Below are positions 8,225-16,392 of a DNA stretch of 32,000 nt, in pieces. Position 1 is the stretch's first letter, and the number at the start of each line of letters is the position of its first letter. The translations under genes and the position numbers were made by a program. The DNA lies in assembly GCF_000023965.1 (NCBI RefSeq), contig NC_013202.1, positions 720,001 to 752,000 of the forward strand, in the 5' to 3' direction. The DNA comes from Halomicrobium mukohataei DSM 12286. Its GTDB lineage: Archaea > Halobacteriota > Halobacteria > Halobacteriales > Haloarculaceae. The notes beneath the pieces were generated by a model. It was given only the letters and a program-made list of their open reading frames with translations. It made no database searches and was not told the DNA's origin.

Positions 8225-9538
8225 TCACGTCGCCGGTTCCACGTCGACGACCGAGACGCGCGCGCCGTCGACGCTCACGACGGTGATCAGGTAGCCGTCG
8301 GTCTCGACCGTGTCCCCGGCCTTCGGGGCCCGGCCCAGCCGATCCAGCACGAGGCCACCGATCGTCTCGAAGGCGGGACTCTCGAAGGTGGCGTCCAGTT
8401 CGTCGTTGACCGTCGAGAGGGGGACTGCACCGTCGACGCGGTACGAACCGTCGTCGCGCGCGTCGATCGAGGGTTCCCCCGTCGCCGCGTCGAAGCCGTC
8501 CTGGAGGTCGCCCACGAGCGTCTCGAGGACGTCCTCGACGGTGGCGATCCCCTCGAAGGCGCCCCACTCGTCGATCACGATCGCCATCTGGCGCTGCTCG
8601 TCCTGAAACTCCCGCAGGAGGTCGTCGATGCGGGTCGACTCCGGAACCATCGGGAGGTCCCGCGCGATGTCCCCGGCGGTCGCCGGGGACTCGTCGCCGG
8701 CATCCAGCACCCGAAGCACGTCCTTGGCGTCGACGAAGCCGACCACCTGGTCGCCGTCGTCGCCCTCGACCACGGGATAACGCGTGTGCCCGGCGTCGAG
8801 GACGATCGAACGCAGTTCCGTCACCGGCGTGGAGGCCGTGACACTGATCACGTCAGGTCGCGGGACCATCACCTCGCGGACGGACCGGTCGTCGAACTCG
8901 AAGACGCGCTGGATCATCTCGACTTCGCCCGCGTCGACGTGGCCCGCCTGCCCGGACTGGTTCAGCACCCGCAAAATCTCCTCTTCTTCGAGCGTCTCCT
9001 CGCTCTCGGAAGCGGGCTCGACGCCGATCAACTGCGTGAAGAAGTTCGCAGAGCCGTTGAACACGACGATGCCCGGATAGAGGAGATAGAAGAAGAACTT
9101 CATCGGCGCGGCCACGAGCAGCGAGATCTTCTCGGCGTCCGCGATAGCCAGCGTCTTGGGCGCGAGTTCTCCGAAGACCACGTGGAGGAAGGTGATGACG
9201 GTGAACCCGACGGCGAAGGCGACGGCGTGGAGCAGACTCGGTGGCAGAATCGGAGCCAGCACCGGCTCCAGCAGGTCGGCGATGGCGGGCTCACCGACCC
9301 ACCCCAGTCCCAGCGACGCGACCGTGATCCCCAGTTGCGTCGTCGCGAGGTAGTCGTCGAGGTTGTCCATCACGTCGTCCAGCACGCCAGCACCGGCGGC
9401 CCCCTCTTCGACGAGTTGCTGGACGGAGGTCGCCCTGATCCGGACGAAGGCGAACTCCGAGGCGACGAAGAAGCCGTTCAACAGGACCAGAAAGAGCGCG
9501 AGCGCGATACCCCCCAGCGAGAGTGCGATGTCGGTCAT
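8225..9538 (-). CDS. CNNM/HlyC/CorC-family transporter (DUF21 membrane domain + CBS pair + CorC_HlyC domain)
   Basis: 437 aa. The N-terminus has four hydrophobic helices (LLNGFFVASEFAFVRIR motif). A CBS-pair region follows (VREVMVPRPDV..., VVGFVDAKDVL). The C-terminus is CorC-like (GDTVETDGYLITVVSVDGARV). Confidence 0.85.
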   Translation of the reverse strand: MTDIALSLGGIALALFLVLLNGFFVASEFAFVRIRATSVQQLVEEGAAGAGVLDDVMDNLDDYLATTQLGITVASLGLGWVGEPAIADLLEPVLAPILPPSLLHAVAFAVGFTVITFLHVVFGELAPKTLAIADAEKISLLVAAPMKFFFYLLYPGIVVFNGSANFFTQLIGVEPASESEETLEEEEILRVLNQSGQAGHVDAGEVEMIQRVFEFDDRSVREVMVPRPDVISVTASTPVTELRSIVLDAGHTRYPVVEGDDGDQVVGFVDAKDVLRVLDAGDESPATAGDIARDLPMVPESTRIDDLLREFQDEQRQMAIVIDEWGAFEGIATVEDVLETLVGDLQDGFDAATGEPSIDARDDGSYRVDGAVPLSTVNDELDATFESPAFETIGGLVLDRLGRAPKAGDTVETDGYLITVVSVDGARVSVVDVEPAT

Positions 9539-9639
9539 GTAGGCCGTGCTACCACCCTCTCGGGGTTAAACGGTGGGGTCGCTGAAAGTGACTATCGGTT
9601 GGTATATAACGCTCTATCGCAATATTATAAAACAACAAG

Positions 9640-9646
9640 TATAAAT
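9640..9646 (+). promoter_or_regulatory. TATA-box candidate for the 9667 gene
   Basis: TATAAAT is centred about 24 nt upstream of ATG 9667, inside a 28% GC stretch (my count for 9601-9660). The spacing fits a leaderless or near-leaderless archaeal transcript. Confidence 0.4.
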
Positions 9647-9666
9647 CAGGTGCTAAATAAAACGCG

Positions 9667-10497
9667 ATGTCTAATAAAAGGACGCGACGAGCACTGTTGA
9701 AAGGAGTTGGAACCGCCGCAGTCGGTGTCACCGCTGGGGCCTCCGCTACAGGTGCCGGCAGTGCAGGCCCCTGTGGCGACCCGTACTCGGACTCCTCCAG
9801 TGTGACCGAGACTTATTTGAGCGGAAAAGACGGGTCTGCCGATTTTGTCGAAAAAGAGTTCGCAGAGGTGGTTCGAGTCGAAGTCGACGGGCCGATCCTA
9901 CAAGACGAGAACAACGACAGAGCGAAGTACTTCGTGGATATCCACCAGTTGGCAACGACGTACGTGAAATCGGACGGTGAGCCACAGATCGATATCATGG
10001 ACCAGAACGTCAACATAGCGTATCCGGACGAGGGGAGTACGTCGGCAGAGTGGGATTTCCCGGATCCGGACAGCGAACCGGGTTGGATCAGTCGTGCGAG
10101 TGCAGATTCGGTGAATGACGATTACTCCCTCCACGACTTCGCACACGACGCGGCTGTCGAGACGTTCAAACTCGGGGTAGACGTATTCGAAGAGACCGTC
10201 GCGACACCTGTGAAAGTCGGAGTCGACCTGTATGACTACGCGAAGAAGTCAGCAGAACTCGCCGATAAATACGACGACGCGACCGGTTCCACCCGTGCGT
10301 GGGACTATTCGTGGACGTACTCCGGTGACGAAGCGTCCTCGACATCGTTCACCTCGATGACGTTCAAAGTGACAGACATTCCCTGGGGTGGGACTGAGAG
10401 CCACACGGTCGAAGTCGAAAGCCGAACTGGTCAGGAGGGAACGATGCACACCCACGAGTTCAACTTCGACCTCCACGGTCCAGAGCTCTGTCGGTAA
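9667..10497 (+). CDS. Tat-signal secreted protein of unknown function (276 aa)
   Basis: MSNKRTRRALLKGVGTAAVGVTAGASATGAGS is a twin-arginine signal. The mature part is acidic, with one Cys at each end (AGPCGD ... PELCR). Many codons end in A/T, and 9961-10020 counts 50% GC. No family recognised. Confidence 0.7.
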   Translation: MSNKRTRRALLKGVGTAAVGVTAGASATGAGSAGPCGDPYSDSSSVTETYLSGKDGSADFVEKEFAEVVRVEVDGPILQDENNDRAKYFVDIHQLATTYVKSDGEPQIDIMDQNVNIAYPDEGSTSAEWDFPDPDSEPGWISRASADSVNDDYSLHDFAHDAAVETFKLGVDVFEETVATPVKVGVDLYDYAKKSAELADKYDDATGSTRAWDYSWTYSGDEASSTSFTSMTFKVTDIPWGGTESHTVEVESRTGQEGTMHTHEFNFDLHGPELCR

Positions 10498-10576
10498 CTG
10501 GTCGGCTTTTTGACCTTGCCCCTCCGCGTTCACACGGCGGATATCCAGATTGAGAACACGGATTTTTTAGCATATC

Positions 10577-10960
10577 GTGGAGAACACCAGTTTCGTGCCC
10601 TCCCTGAAACGCGTCCACATTGTAGCAGCGTTCGTCCTGCTTGGCGTCGCTGCGTTCCTTTACTCGGTGATCGTCTCCTATCAGTTCCTCCTCGGTACGG
10701 GCGTCGCGATCGCGTCCTTCGTCGTCGCACTATTCACGTACTACGGAGGCACCAACCGAAAGACCGCCACTCGCGCAACGATCGTCGTCACACTCATTTA
10801 CGGCGCTTTCACTCTCCAGTTTCCCATTGCCGTCATCGCGGCCTGCCTCGTCTACCTCACCGCGTGGCTGACCGGCTCGGACAGCCCACTCGATGCACCA
10901 GACACGCGGGTCTTCCCGGTCGAATCGACGGCTACCAGCGAATCCGACCGTAGCGAGTGA
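10577..10960 (+). CDS. small integral membrane protein, about four transmembrane helices (127 aa)
   Basis: GTG start at 10577 with no in-frame ATG. Four hydrophobic stretches: IVAAFVLLGVAAFLYSVIV, LLGTGVAIASFVVALFTYY, TIVVTLIYGAFTLQF, IAVIAACLVYLTAWL. Acidic C-terminal tail. Confidence 0.5.
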   Translation: MENTSFVPSLKRVHIVAAFVLLGVAAFLYSVIVSYQFLLGTGVAIASFVVALFTYYGGTNRKTATRATIVVTLIYGAFTLQFPIAVIAACLVYLTAWLTGSDSPLDAPDTRVFPVESTATSESDRSE

Positions 10961-11103
10961 GTCGGGTGATCTGCGGGTCGATTGAGGCGCTCAGTCACCC
11001 GATGCACGGGGCGTAGTTCGTTCAGTGATTCACCCGTATCCACCAGACGAGAGCATCCGGGCGACCGAGCGGTCCGTCAGGACCCGGCAGGTCGCCCGGT
11101 TCA

Positions 11104-11205
11104 CGCGAATCGCCCGCGGGCGATTCGCGCTTTTTTCCCCGACGTTTTTTACCGGGGTTGAGCGCTCGCCTATGGCGAGCGCGAACCCCCGGAGAAAAAA
11201 GGTCG
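11104..11205. terminator. structured T-run/hairpin module between convergent genes (candidate bidirectional terminator)
   Basis: A 26-nt perfect palindrome (11104-11129) is followed by T6 (11131-11136). A long hairpin then pairs CGACGTTTTTTACCGGGG (11140-11157) with CCCCGGAGAAAAAAGGTCG (11187-11205) around an inner 9-bp stem, GCGCTCGCC/GGCGAGCGC. The module ends 3 nt from the polC stop codon. Confidence 0.45.
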
Positions 11206-11207
11206 AG

Positions 11208-14200
11208 CTACATGAAGTCCGCAATCCCGCTCTGCTTGTTTTTGTCGTTCTCGAACACCCGCTTGATCGACTTGTCGAGGATTTCGAGGCGCTGTTTGGT
11301 GTACTCTCGGCAGTCGAACTCCTCGGCGACCATCGTCGCCGTGTCGATGTACTTGTTGACCGACCCTTCGTGGACCGTGAGGTTGACCCGGCCGCCACAC
11401 TCCCGGCAGTCGCCGGTCAGGGGCATCCGGCGGTACTTCTCGCCGCAGTCGAGACAGCGGACTTCCTGGCGGGAGAAGGCCCGGAGGTTGCCGATCAGGT
11501 CCGGCAGGAAGTGGTACTCGATGATCCGTTCGGCCACGTCGGTCTCGTCGACAGCCCGCAGCGTCCGCGAGAGATCGAGCTGGGCGTCCATCTTGTCGGT
11601 CATCGAACCGAGCGTCTTGTAGGCCGAGAGGTCCGGGCCGAGCGCGATGTCGGTGGTGTCGTGGGTGTGATCGAAGCCGGTGTACTCGTGGTCGGTGCCC
11701 AGCGTCTCCTCGGCGATGGTCATGACGTCCTCGACATCCTCGGGGTCGGCCATCTCGCGGGTGGCCTCGTAGAACTCCCGGGGGTACTCCCGCATGATGT
11801 CCATGTTGTGGGCCTCGTCGTCGATCTCGCTGGGGTCGATGCGGGAGGACATCACCAAGGGTGCGTCCATCCGACCGCCCCGCTGGTTCGGCAGGAACGT
11901 CTTCGAGAAGTTCAGGAGGCCGTCCATCAGCAGCATCACGCAGTCCTCGTCGCCGTCGCACTGGCCGGAGTAGGTGCCCTCGATGGCGACCCGGTGGGTG
12001 TCGGCGACGGTGAGACAGTAGACGTGGTTCGTGTCGCTGTCGACGTACTCGACCGACACCACTTCGTCGAACGGAACGCCGTCGTCGGCACCCGCCGAGG
12101 GCTGTGGGGCATCGCTCGCCGTCATCACGGTCGTCTCGCCGCCGTCGTAGGCCGGGAGTTCGTCGCCGGCCGAGAGTTCGCTGGCCGGTGCTTCTTCGAG
12201 CCCGTCACCGCTCCGCCGGAGCATCGTGTGGTCGGGAGTTACCCGCAGCGAGCGGTCACCGACCTCGATGCGGACCATGTGATCGGGAGCGTGATGTTTC
12301 GAGACCGCCTCGACGGGCTTGCGACACGGGCGACCGTCGGCGTCGACCGAGGGCACCGTGACCTCGCCGTCCAGTTCCTCGACCAGGGTCCCGAAGTCGT
12401 CCTCGCGCGGGTCGTCGAGTCGCTCCTCGACGAGATCGGCGATAGGGCCGTACTGCCAGTCGCCAGCCTCGTCCTCGTACCAGAGTCGCGATTCGGGGTG
12501 GAAGCAGTTGCGGCGCTTGGCGGCGTGGAAGTACGGATGCGCGTACCCGACCGCCGCGGAGGTGAAGCCGACGACGCGCCCGACCGTCGCGGCGCTGGTG
12601 TGGGGTGCCATCCCGAAGACGAGTTCGCCGACGAGGTCCTCGCGGTCGTCGAGTTCGTAGAACCGGTCGAGCCCGTAGTACTGCTCTAAGAGGTCGTCGA
12701 CGAACGCGGCGGTCTGGAGCATGTGCTCGGCCGCGCCGTCGGAGAGCACCACGTCCTGGACTCTGAGCTCGACGAGCTGGTCCTCGTGGCGCAGCGGGTC
12801 GCCGTGGATGTCCGCCTCGTAGCCCAGCCCGCGGAGCTGGTCGACGCTCACGTCGAGTTCCGACGCCCGGACCGCGGTGACCGGCAGGTCCGTCATGTCG
12901 TAGCGGACGGTGCCGTCTTTGAACGCCGACACGTCGTGTTTCGCCCGGAGGATCCCCTTCTCCATCGGTTCGGGAATCTTCTCCTTGGAGGTCAGCCCCT
13001 CGACGCCTTTGACGATGTCGAAGGCCGTCTCGCGTTCGCCGACGGCACCCAGCGCGTCGCGGAACTCCTCGCCGAGGTCGATGGCCTCGTACTGGGTGGG
13101 GTAGGCCATCGTCTCGCAGTGGGCACACTCGGCGCGGCCCGACTCGTCGGGCTCGACCTCCGAGTCGCAGTCGGGACAGACGTAGACGGCGTCGGTGACG
13201 CCGTTGCAGTCCGGACAGCGGCCCCGAAAGGTCTCGGTGCCACAGTCCCGACAGCGGCGGCGACCGACCTCGACCTCGACGAGGCCCTGCTGGTCGTTCA
13301 TCTTCTCGGCGTGTTTGGTGGCGTCGGCGACCGAGCGCTGAGCGCCGCCGGCCTCGTCGATGGGAAACAGCGTGTGGACGGCCGGCGACAGCTCTCGCTC
13401 CTCTGATTTCTCGGGGCGACCCATCCGGTTGCCGATCCGGGTCGGGGCGCGCTCGCGGAGCCGGAAGGGAGCGATCTCGTTGATCGCCTCGATGGCGTTG
13501 TCGCCGTCCGCGTACGTTCGAGCGTGCTCCGAGAGGTCCCCGAGCGACCACTCGCGTTCGAGAGCGGCGTCGAAGCCCAGCGTCCGGACCAGCGGCTCCC
13601 AGTCGGGGACGACGATGGTGTCCTCGCGCTGAGTGTGCTCGACGAGCAGGTGTTCGAGCGTCTGGGCGACGGGCTCGCGGTTCGGGAGGACGAGGTCGCC
13701 GTCGGTGCCCCGGTCGGGCGACGGCGTCGGCGCGACCGCGCCGTCCGTCTCGGCCCTCTCGGCGTCTTCGACGGCGGCCGCCAGCGCGCCGACGGCGTCG
13801 ACGGTCACGTCGTGCCAGCAGTAGGTGTACTTGGGGTGCAGGGGGGCGTCGTAGTCGGTCGCCCACCGCAGCGCCTCCTCGGCAGTCGGATCTGCCAGGT
13901 CGACGTGAACGTCGTCTTGCAGGGCCTGCACGTCGCCACCGGCGTCGTCGAACTCCTGTCGCCACCACTCGACGGTGTAGGAGGCCGGCACGAGCGGGTG
14001 GTTGTTCTCGACGAACTCGCCGTAGTTGACGAGGTACTCGCCCAGATCCAGCACCTTCTCGACGCCGTTGCGGACCTCGATTGCCTCGGCCGGGTCGTCG
14101 ACCCGGCGCACGTCCCCGTTGGCGAGCTTGACCGTCGGCCCCTCGATGGTGTCGACCGGGACCACGCCAGCGGCCTTGCCGGGCCGTTCGGTCTTGATCT

Positions 14201-15329
14201 GGGTGCCGGTCGCGAGGAAGTCGTCGACCAGGTGCATCGTCGCGGGGTGGACGCCGGCAGTCGCGTTGCCGTGGTTGCGCGCCCGGCCGTACCGCAGGCG
14301 AAAGCCACCGGGTTCGCTCGGATGTGAGAAGACCGGTCGGCCGGCGATGAGGTCACGGAGGAACTTCGTACTGGGATCGGCACGCGGCGGGCCGTCGTCC
14401 TCGCTCGTAGAGGTCTCGTCGCCCTCGTCCTCGTCTCCGTCGTCTCCCTCGTCGGCCGCGTCCTCCTCGCCGTCCTCGTCGCCGTCTTTGCCGATCGTTC
14501 CGTCGATGAGGTCTTGCAGCCACGGCCAGTCGACCTCCTCTAAGTTGCGGGTGTAGCGCTGGATCTTCGGAGCCTTCAGCGCGATGCCCTCGGCGGCGAC
14601 GAGACACATCCCACCGCGGGCGGAGTTGGTGTCGACCCGTTCGAGGTCCCGAAAGCCCGAGACCTCCTCGTCGCCGGTCGCCTCGCCGTCCAGCATGATC
14701 GGCATGTGCTCGGCGATGAACTTCGACTCCTTCTCCTTGGGCGAGTACTGGAGGCCCGTCTCCTTGTCGTACAGTTCGATCTCCTCGGCGTAGCGGTTGA
14801 TCTCCTCGTCGCGGGCCTCGTACTCCTCGATGCCCAGCAGCGCGCGAGCGTAGTCGGCCACGAGAACCGAGAGCGCCTGTGCGGTCCCGCCGGCCGAGCG
14901 GATCGGGCCGGCGTAGTAGACGTTGACGAACTCGGTGCCGTCGTCGTTTTCGAGGATCTCGACGCGGTCGATCCCCTCGATCGGTGCGGCGACGACCCCC
15001 TCGGTCAACAGGGCGACGGCCGTTCGAACGGCACCCTCGACCTTGCCGGCCTTGGAGTCGTAGTCCCCGACCTCGCCCTCCACGAAGTCGGAGACCAGCT
15101 CCAGTGCGGCCTCCTCCCTGCTCATCTCGCCTTCGAGTTCGCGGACGCGTTCGGCGACGCCGTCGATCCCGAGGATGTTCTCGACGCGGTCGGCCATGTC
15201 TCTGGCCGTCGGGATCTCGACCTCGGGGACGGGATCGCCGCCGCGTCGCTTGGCCGCCTGGGCCACCTCGAAGGCGTCGTCGAGCTGGGATTCCAGGCGG
15301 TCGAAGTAGCGTTCGTCGACCTCGCGCAT
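11208..15329 (-). CDS. polC: DNA polymerase II (PolD) large subunit DP2, intein-containing precursor
   Basis: 1373 aa: MREVDERYFDRLESQLD..., YYAGPIRSAGGTAQA. Cys-cluster zinc fingers are present (CRDCGTETFRGRCPDC, CPDCDSE...CAHC, CLDCGEKY...CRECGG). The catalytic motif HPYFHAAKRRN/CDGDEDCVMLLMDGLLNFS is interrupted by 182 aa. An acidic insert (GDEDGEEDAADEGDDGDEDEGDE) fits a halophile. Confidence 0.95.
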   Translation of the reverse strand: MREVDERYFDRLESQLDDAFEVAQAAKRRGGDPVPEVEIPTARDMADRVENILGIDGVAERVRELEGEMSREEAALELVSDFVEGEVGDYDSKAGKVEGAVRTAVALLTEGVVAAPIEGIDRVEILENDDGTEFVNVYYAGPIRSAGGTAQALSVLVADYARALLGIEEYEARDEEINRYAEEIELYDKETGLQYSPKEKESKFIAEHMPIMLDGEATGDEEVSGFRDLERVDTNSARGGMCLVAAEGIALKAPKIQRYTRNLEEVDWPWLQDLIDGTIGKDGDEDGEEDAADEGDDGDEDEGDETSTSEDDGPPRADPSTKFLRDLIAGRPVFSHPSEPGGFRLRYGRARNHGNATAGVHPATMHLVDDFLATGTQIKTERPGKAAGVVPVDTIEGPTVKLANGDVRRVDDPAEAIEVRNGVEKVLDLGEYLVNYGEFVENNHPLVPASYTVEWWRQEFDDAGGDVQALQDDVHVDLADPTAEEALRWATDYDAPLHPKYTYCWHDVTVDAVGALAAAVEDAERAETDGAVAPTPSPDRGTDGDLVLPNREPVAQTLEHLLVEHTQREDTIVVPDWEPLVRTLGFDAALEREWSLGDLSEHARTYADGDNAIEAINEIAPFRLRERAPTRIGNRMGRPEKSEERELSPAVHTLFPIDEAGGAQRSVADATKHAEKMNDQQGLVEVEVGRRRCRDCGTETFRGRCPDCNGVTDAVYVCPDCDSEVEPDESGRAECAHCETMAYPTQYEAIDLGEEFRDALGAVGERETAFDIVKGVEGLTSKEKIPEPMEKGILRAKHDVSAFKDGTVRYDMTDLPVTAVRASELDVSVDQLRGLGYEADIHGDPLRHEDQLVELRVQDVVLSDGAAEHMLQTAAFVDDLLEQYYGLDRFYELDDREDLVGELVFGMAPHTSAATVGRVVGFTSAAVGYAHPYFHAAKRRNCFHPESRLWYEDEAGDWQYGPIADLVEERLDDPREDDFGTLVEELDGEVTVPSVDADGRPCRKPVEAVSKHHAPDHMVRIEVGDRSLRVTPDHTMLRRSGDGLEEAPASELSAGDELPAYDGGETTVMTASDAPQPSAGADDGVPFDEVVSVEYVDSDTNHVYCLTVADTHRVAIEGTYSGQCDGDEDCVMLLMDGLLNFSKTFLPNQRGGRMDAPLVMSSRIDPSEIDDEAHNMDIMREYPREFYEATREMADPEDVEDVMTIAEETLGTDHEYTGFDHTHDTTDIALGPDLSAYKTLGSMTDKMDAQLDLSRTLRAVDETDVAERIIEYHFLPDLIGNLRAFSRQEVRCLDCGEKYRRMPLTGDCRECGGRVNLTVHEGSVNKYIDTATMVAEEFDCREYTKQRLEILDKSIKRVFENDKNKQSGIADFM
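11961..12506 (-). mobile_element. 182-aa mini-intein in PolD DP2 (no homing-endonuclease domain)
   Basis: It starts with Cys (tgc, + strand gca at 12504-12506) straight after ...AAKRRN. It ends ...AIEGTYSGQ (cag at 11961-11963) before +1 Cys (11958-11960). Removing it restores AAKRRN-CDGDED. A block-B-like TPDH is present. 182 aa is too short to hold an endonuclease domain. Confidence 0.85.
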
Positions 15330-15752
15330 CTACAGCCCCCAGAGGTCCAGATCCGTCGTCTCGTCGTGCTCGCGCGCGAGTTCGGCGTCGAAAGCGCGAA
15401 CGTGGAGTTCCCCGGCGAAGACGGTCGCGCTGTTGAGGTGGCCCGCAAGCGCCGATCCGTCGGGTCGCGAGAGGACGGCGTGGGTGTGGGCGAACGGCTC
15501 CCCGTCGAGCAGCGAGACGTTGCCGACGCAGGCCGCCACCTCCAGCGGTTCCGGGAAGGTCACGGCGTCGTACTCCTGGCGTTCCTGATCGTAGAAGTAG
15601 ATCTCGGCGTCCTCGACGGCACCGAGCCCCTGAAAGAAGGCCGCGTCGATCCCCTGCTCGTCGGCGAAGTCCTCGATCTGGGCGCGCCAGTCGCGCCCGG
15701 TTTCGAGCCGACAGACGTACTCTCGGGTGGTCTCGACTTCGCGATAATCCAT
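15330..15752 (-). CDS. PPC/DUF296-domain protein (140 aa)
   Basis: MDYREVETTREYVCRLETGRDWRAQIEDFADEQGIDAAFFQGLGAVEDAEIYFYD...HTHAVLSRPDGSALAGHL..ATVFAGELHV resembles the PPC (plants and prokaryotes conserved, DUF296) fold family. Its TAG (15330-15332) abuts the polC ATG (15327-15329). Confidence 0.6.
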   Translation of the reverse strand: MDYREVETTREYVCRLETGRDWRAQIEDFADEQGIDAAFFQGLGAVEDAEIYFYDQERQEYDAVTFPEPLEVAACVGNVSLLDGEPFAHTHAVLSRPDGSALAGHLNSATVFAGELHVRAFDAELAREHDETTDLDLWGL

Positions 15753-15788
15753 ACTGGAGTGAGAGGGCAGGGCAGGCCAAAAGGGTTG

Positions 15789-16292
15789 TCACCCGAGAGA
15801 AACCCGGCCGGACTCCACCACTCGGGCCGCGTCGTAGAAGGCGAGTTCGTCGACGACCCACTCGATCGGTTCGATGTCGCGGTCGAGCAGCCGCCGCCCG
15901 CTGGCCCGGTCGCCGCCACGCGCGACGGTGACGTGTGGCGTGTACTCCTCGCCCTCCAGCCGCGGGACGGTGTGGAACGCGTCACAGAGCGTCCGATGGA
16001 GGTCGTGCAACCCCGGGCTCTCGACGGCGAGATAGACGACCGGTGCCGTCCCCGAGGTCGGCTCGGCGAACCAGTCGACGCCCGTGATCCGGACCGCGAC
16101 GGCGGGCTGATCGGCGAGAACCTCGCGGGCGCGGGCCTCGACGACGCTGGCGGGGTGGTCGTCGGTCGCCAGGCGCTTTGCGACCATCGAGTGCTCGCCC
16201 CGGGGACGCGGGCTGGCGCTCGGCCACTCGCGAGCCAAGTCGCTCGCCAGCCGCGCGACATCGCCCGGAATGGGGACGTTCAGGCTGAACAC
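15789..16292 (-). CDS. 2H-phosphoesterase / 2'-5' RNA ligase (LigT-like) family protein (167 aa)
   Basis: GTG start (cac at 16290-16292) gives VFSLNVPIPGDVARLASDL..., with two H-x-[ST]-x motifs (EHSMV and PHVTVAR). The longer ORF-track start at 16511 would overlap the divergent 16393 gene and adds an unrelated Ser/Cys/Pro-rich extension. Confidence 0.6.
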   Translation of the reverse strand: MFSLNVPIPGDVARLASDLAREWPSASPRPRGEHSMVAKRLATDDHPASVVEARAREVLADQPAVAVRITGVDWFAEPTSGTAPVVYLAVESPGLHDLHRTLCDAFHTVPRLEGEEYTPHVTVARGGDRASGRRLLDRDIEPIEWVVDELAFYDAARVVESGRVSLG

Positions 16293-16361
16293 GTCCGGAC
16301 CGACGACGGCGACGGCGAAAAGCGACCCGATTTCGACCGATTGTACACGCGGCCTAAAGCC

Positions 16362-16366
16362 ATATA
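16362..16366 (+). promoter_or_regulatory. TATA-box candidate for the 16393 gene
   Basis: CATATACC is centred about 29 nt upstream of ATG 16393, in the 100-bp divergent intergenic region. Confidence 0.35.
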
Positions 16367-16392
16367 CCGCGAGGCGGCCAACACCGAGTGAG

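Noticed and set aside
9549-9731. 60-aa minus-strand ORF in the AT-rich region upstream of the Tat-signal gene
   Set aside because: It spans the 28% GC promoter region and the start of the plus-strand gene. Its composition reflects AT-rich non-coding DNA, and no start context or motif was seen.
11025-15861. Several long ORFs overlapping polC (11025..12689 +, 12256..13968 -, 13524..14327 +, 14353..15861 -, 14706..16391 +)
   Set aside because: All are off-frame or antisense to the unambiguous PolD DP2 reading frame. They are dominated by Arg, Pro, Gly and Asp runs, and no motif of any family was recognised.
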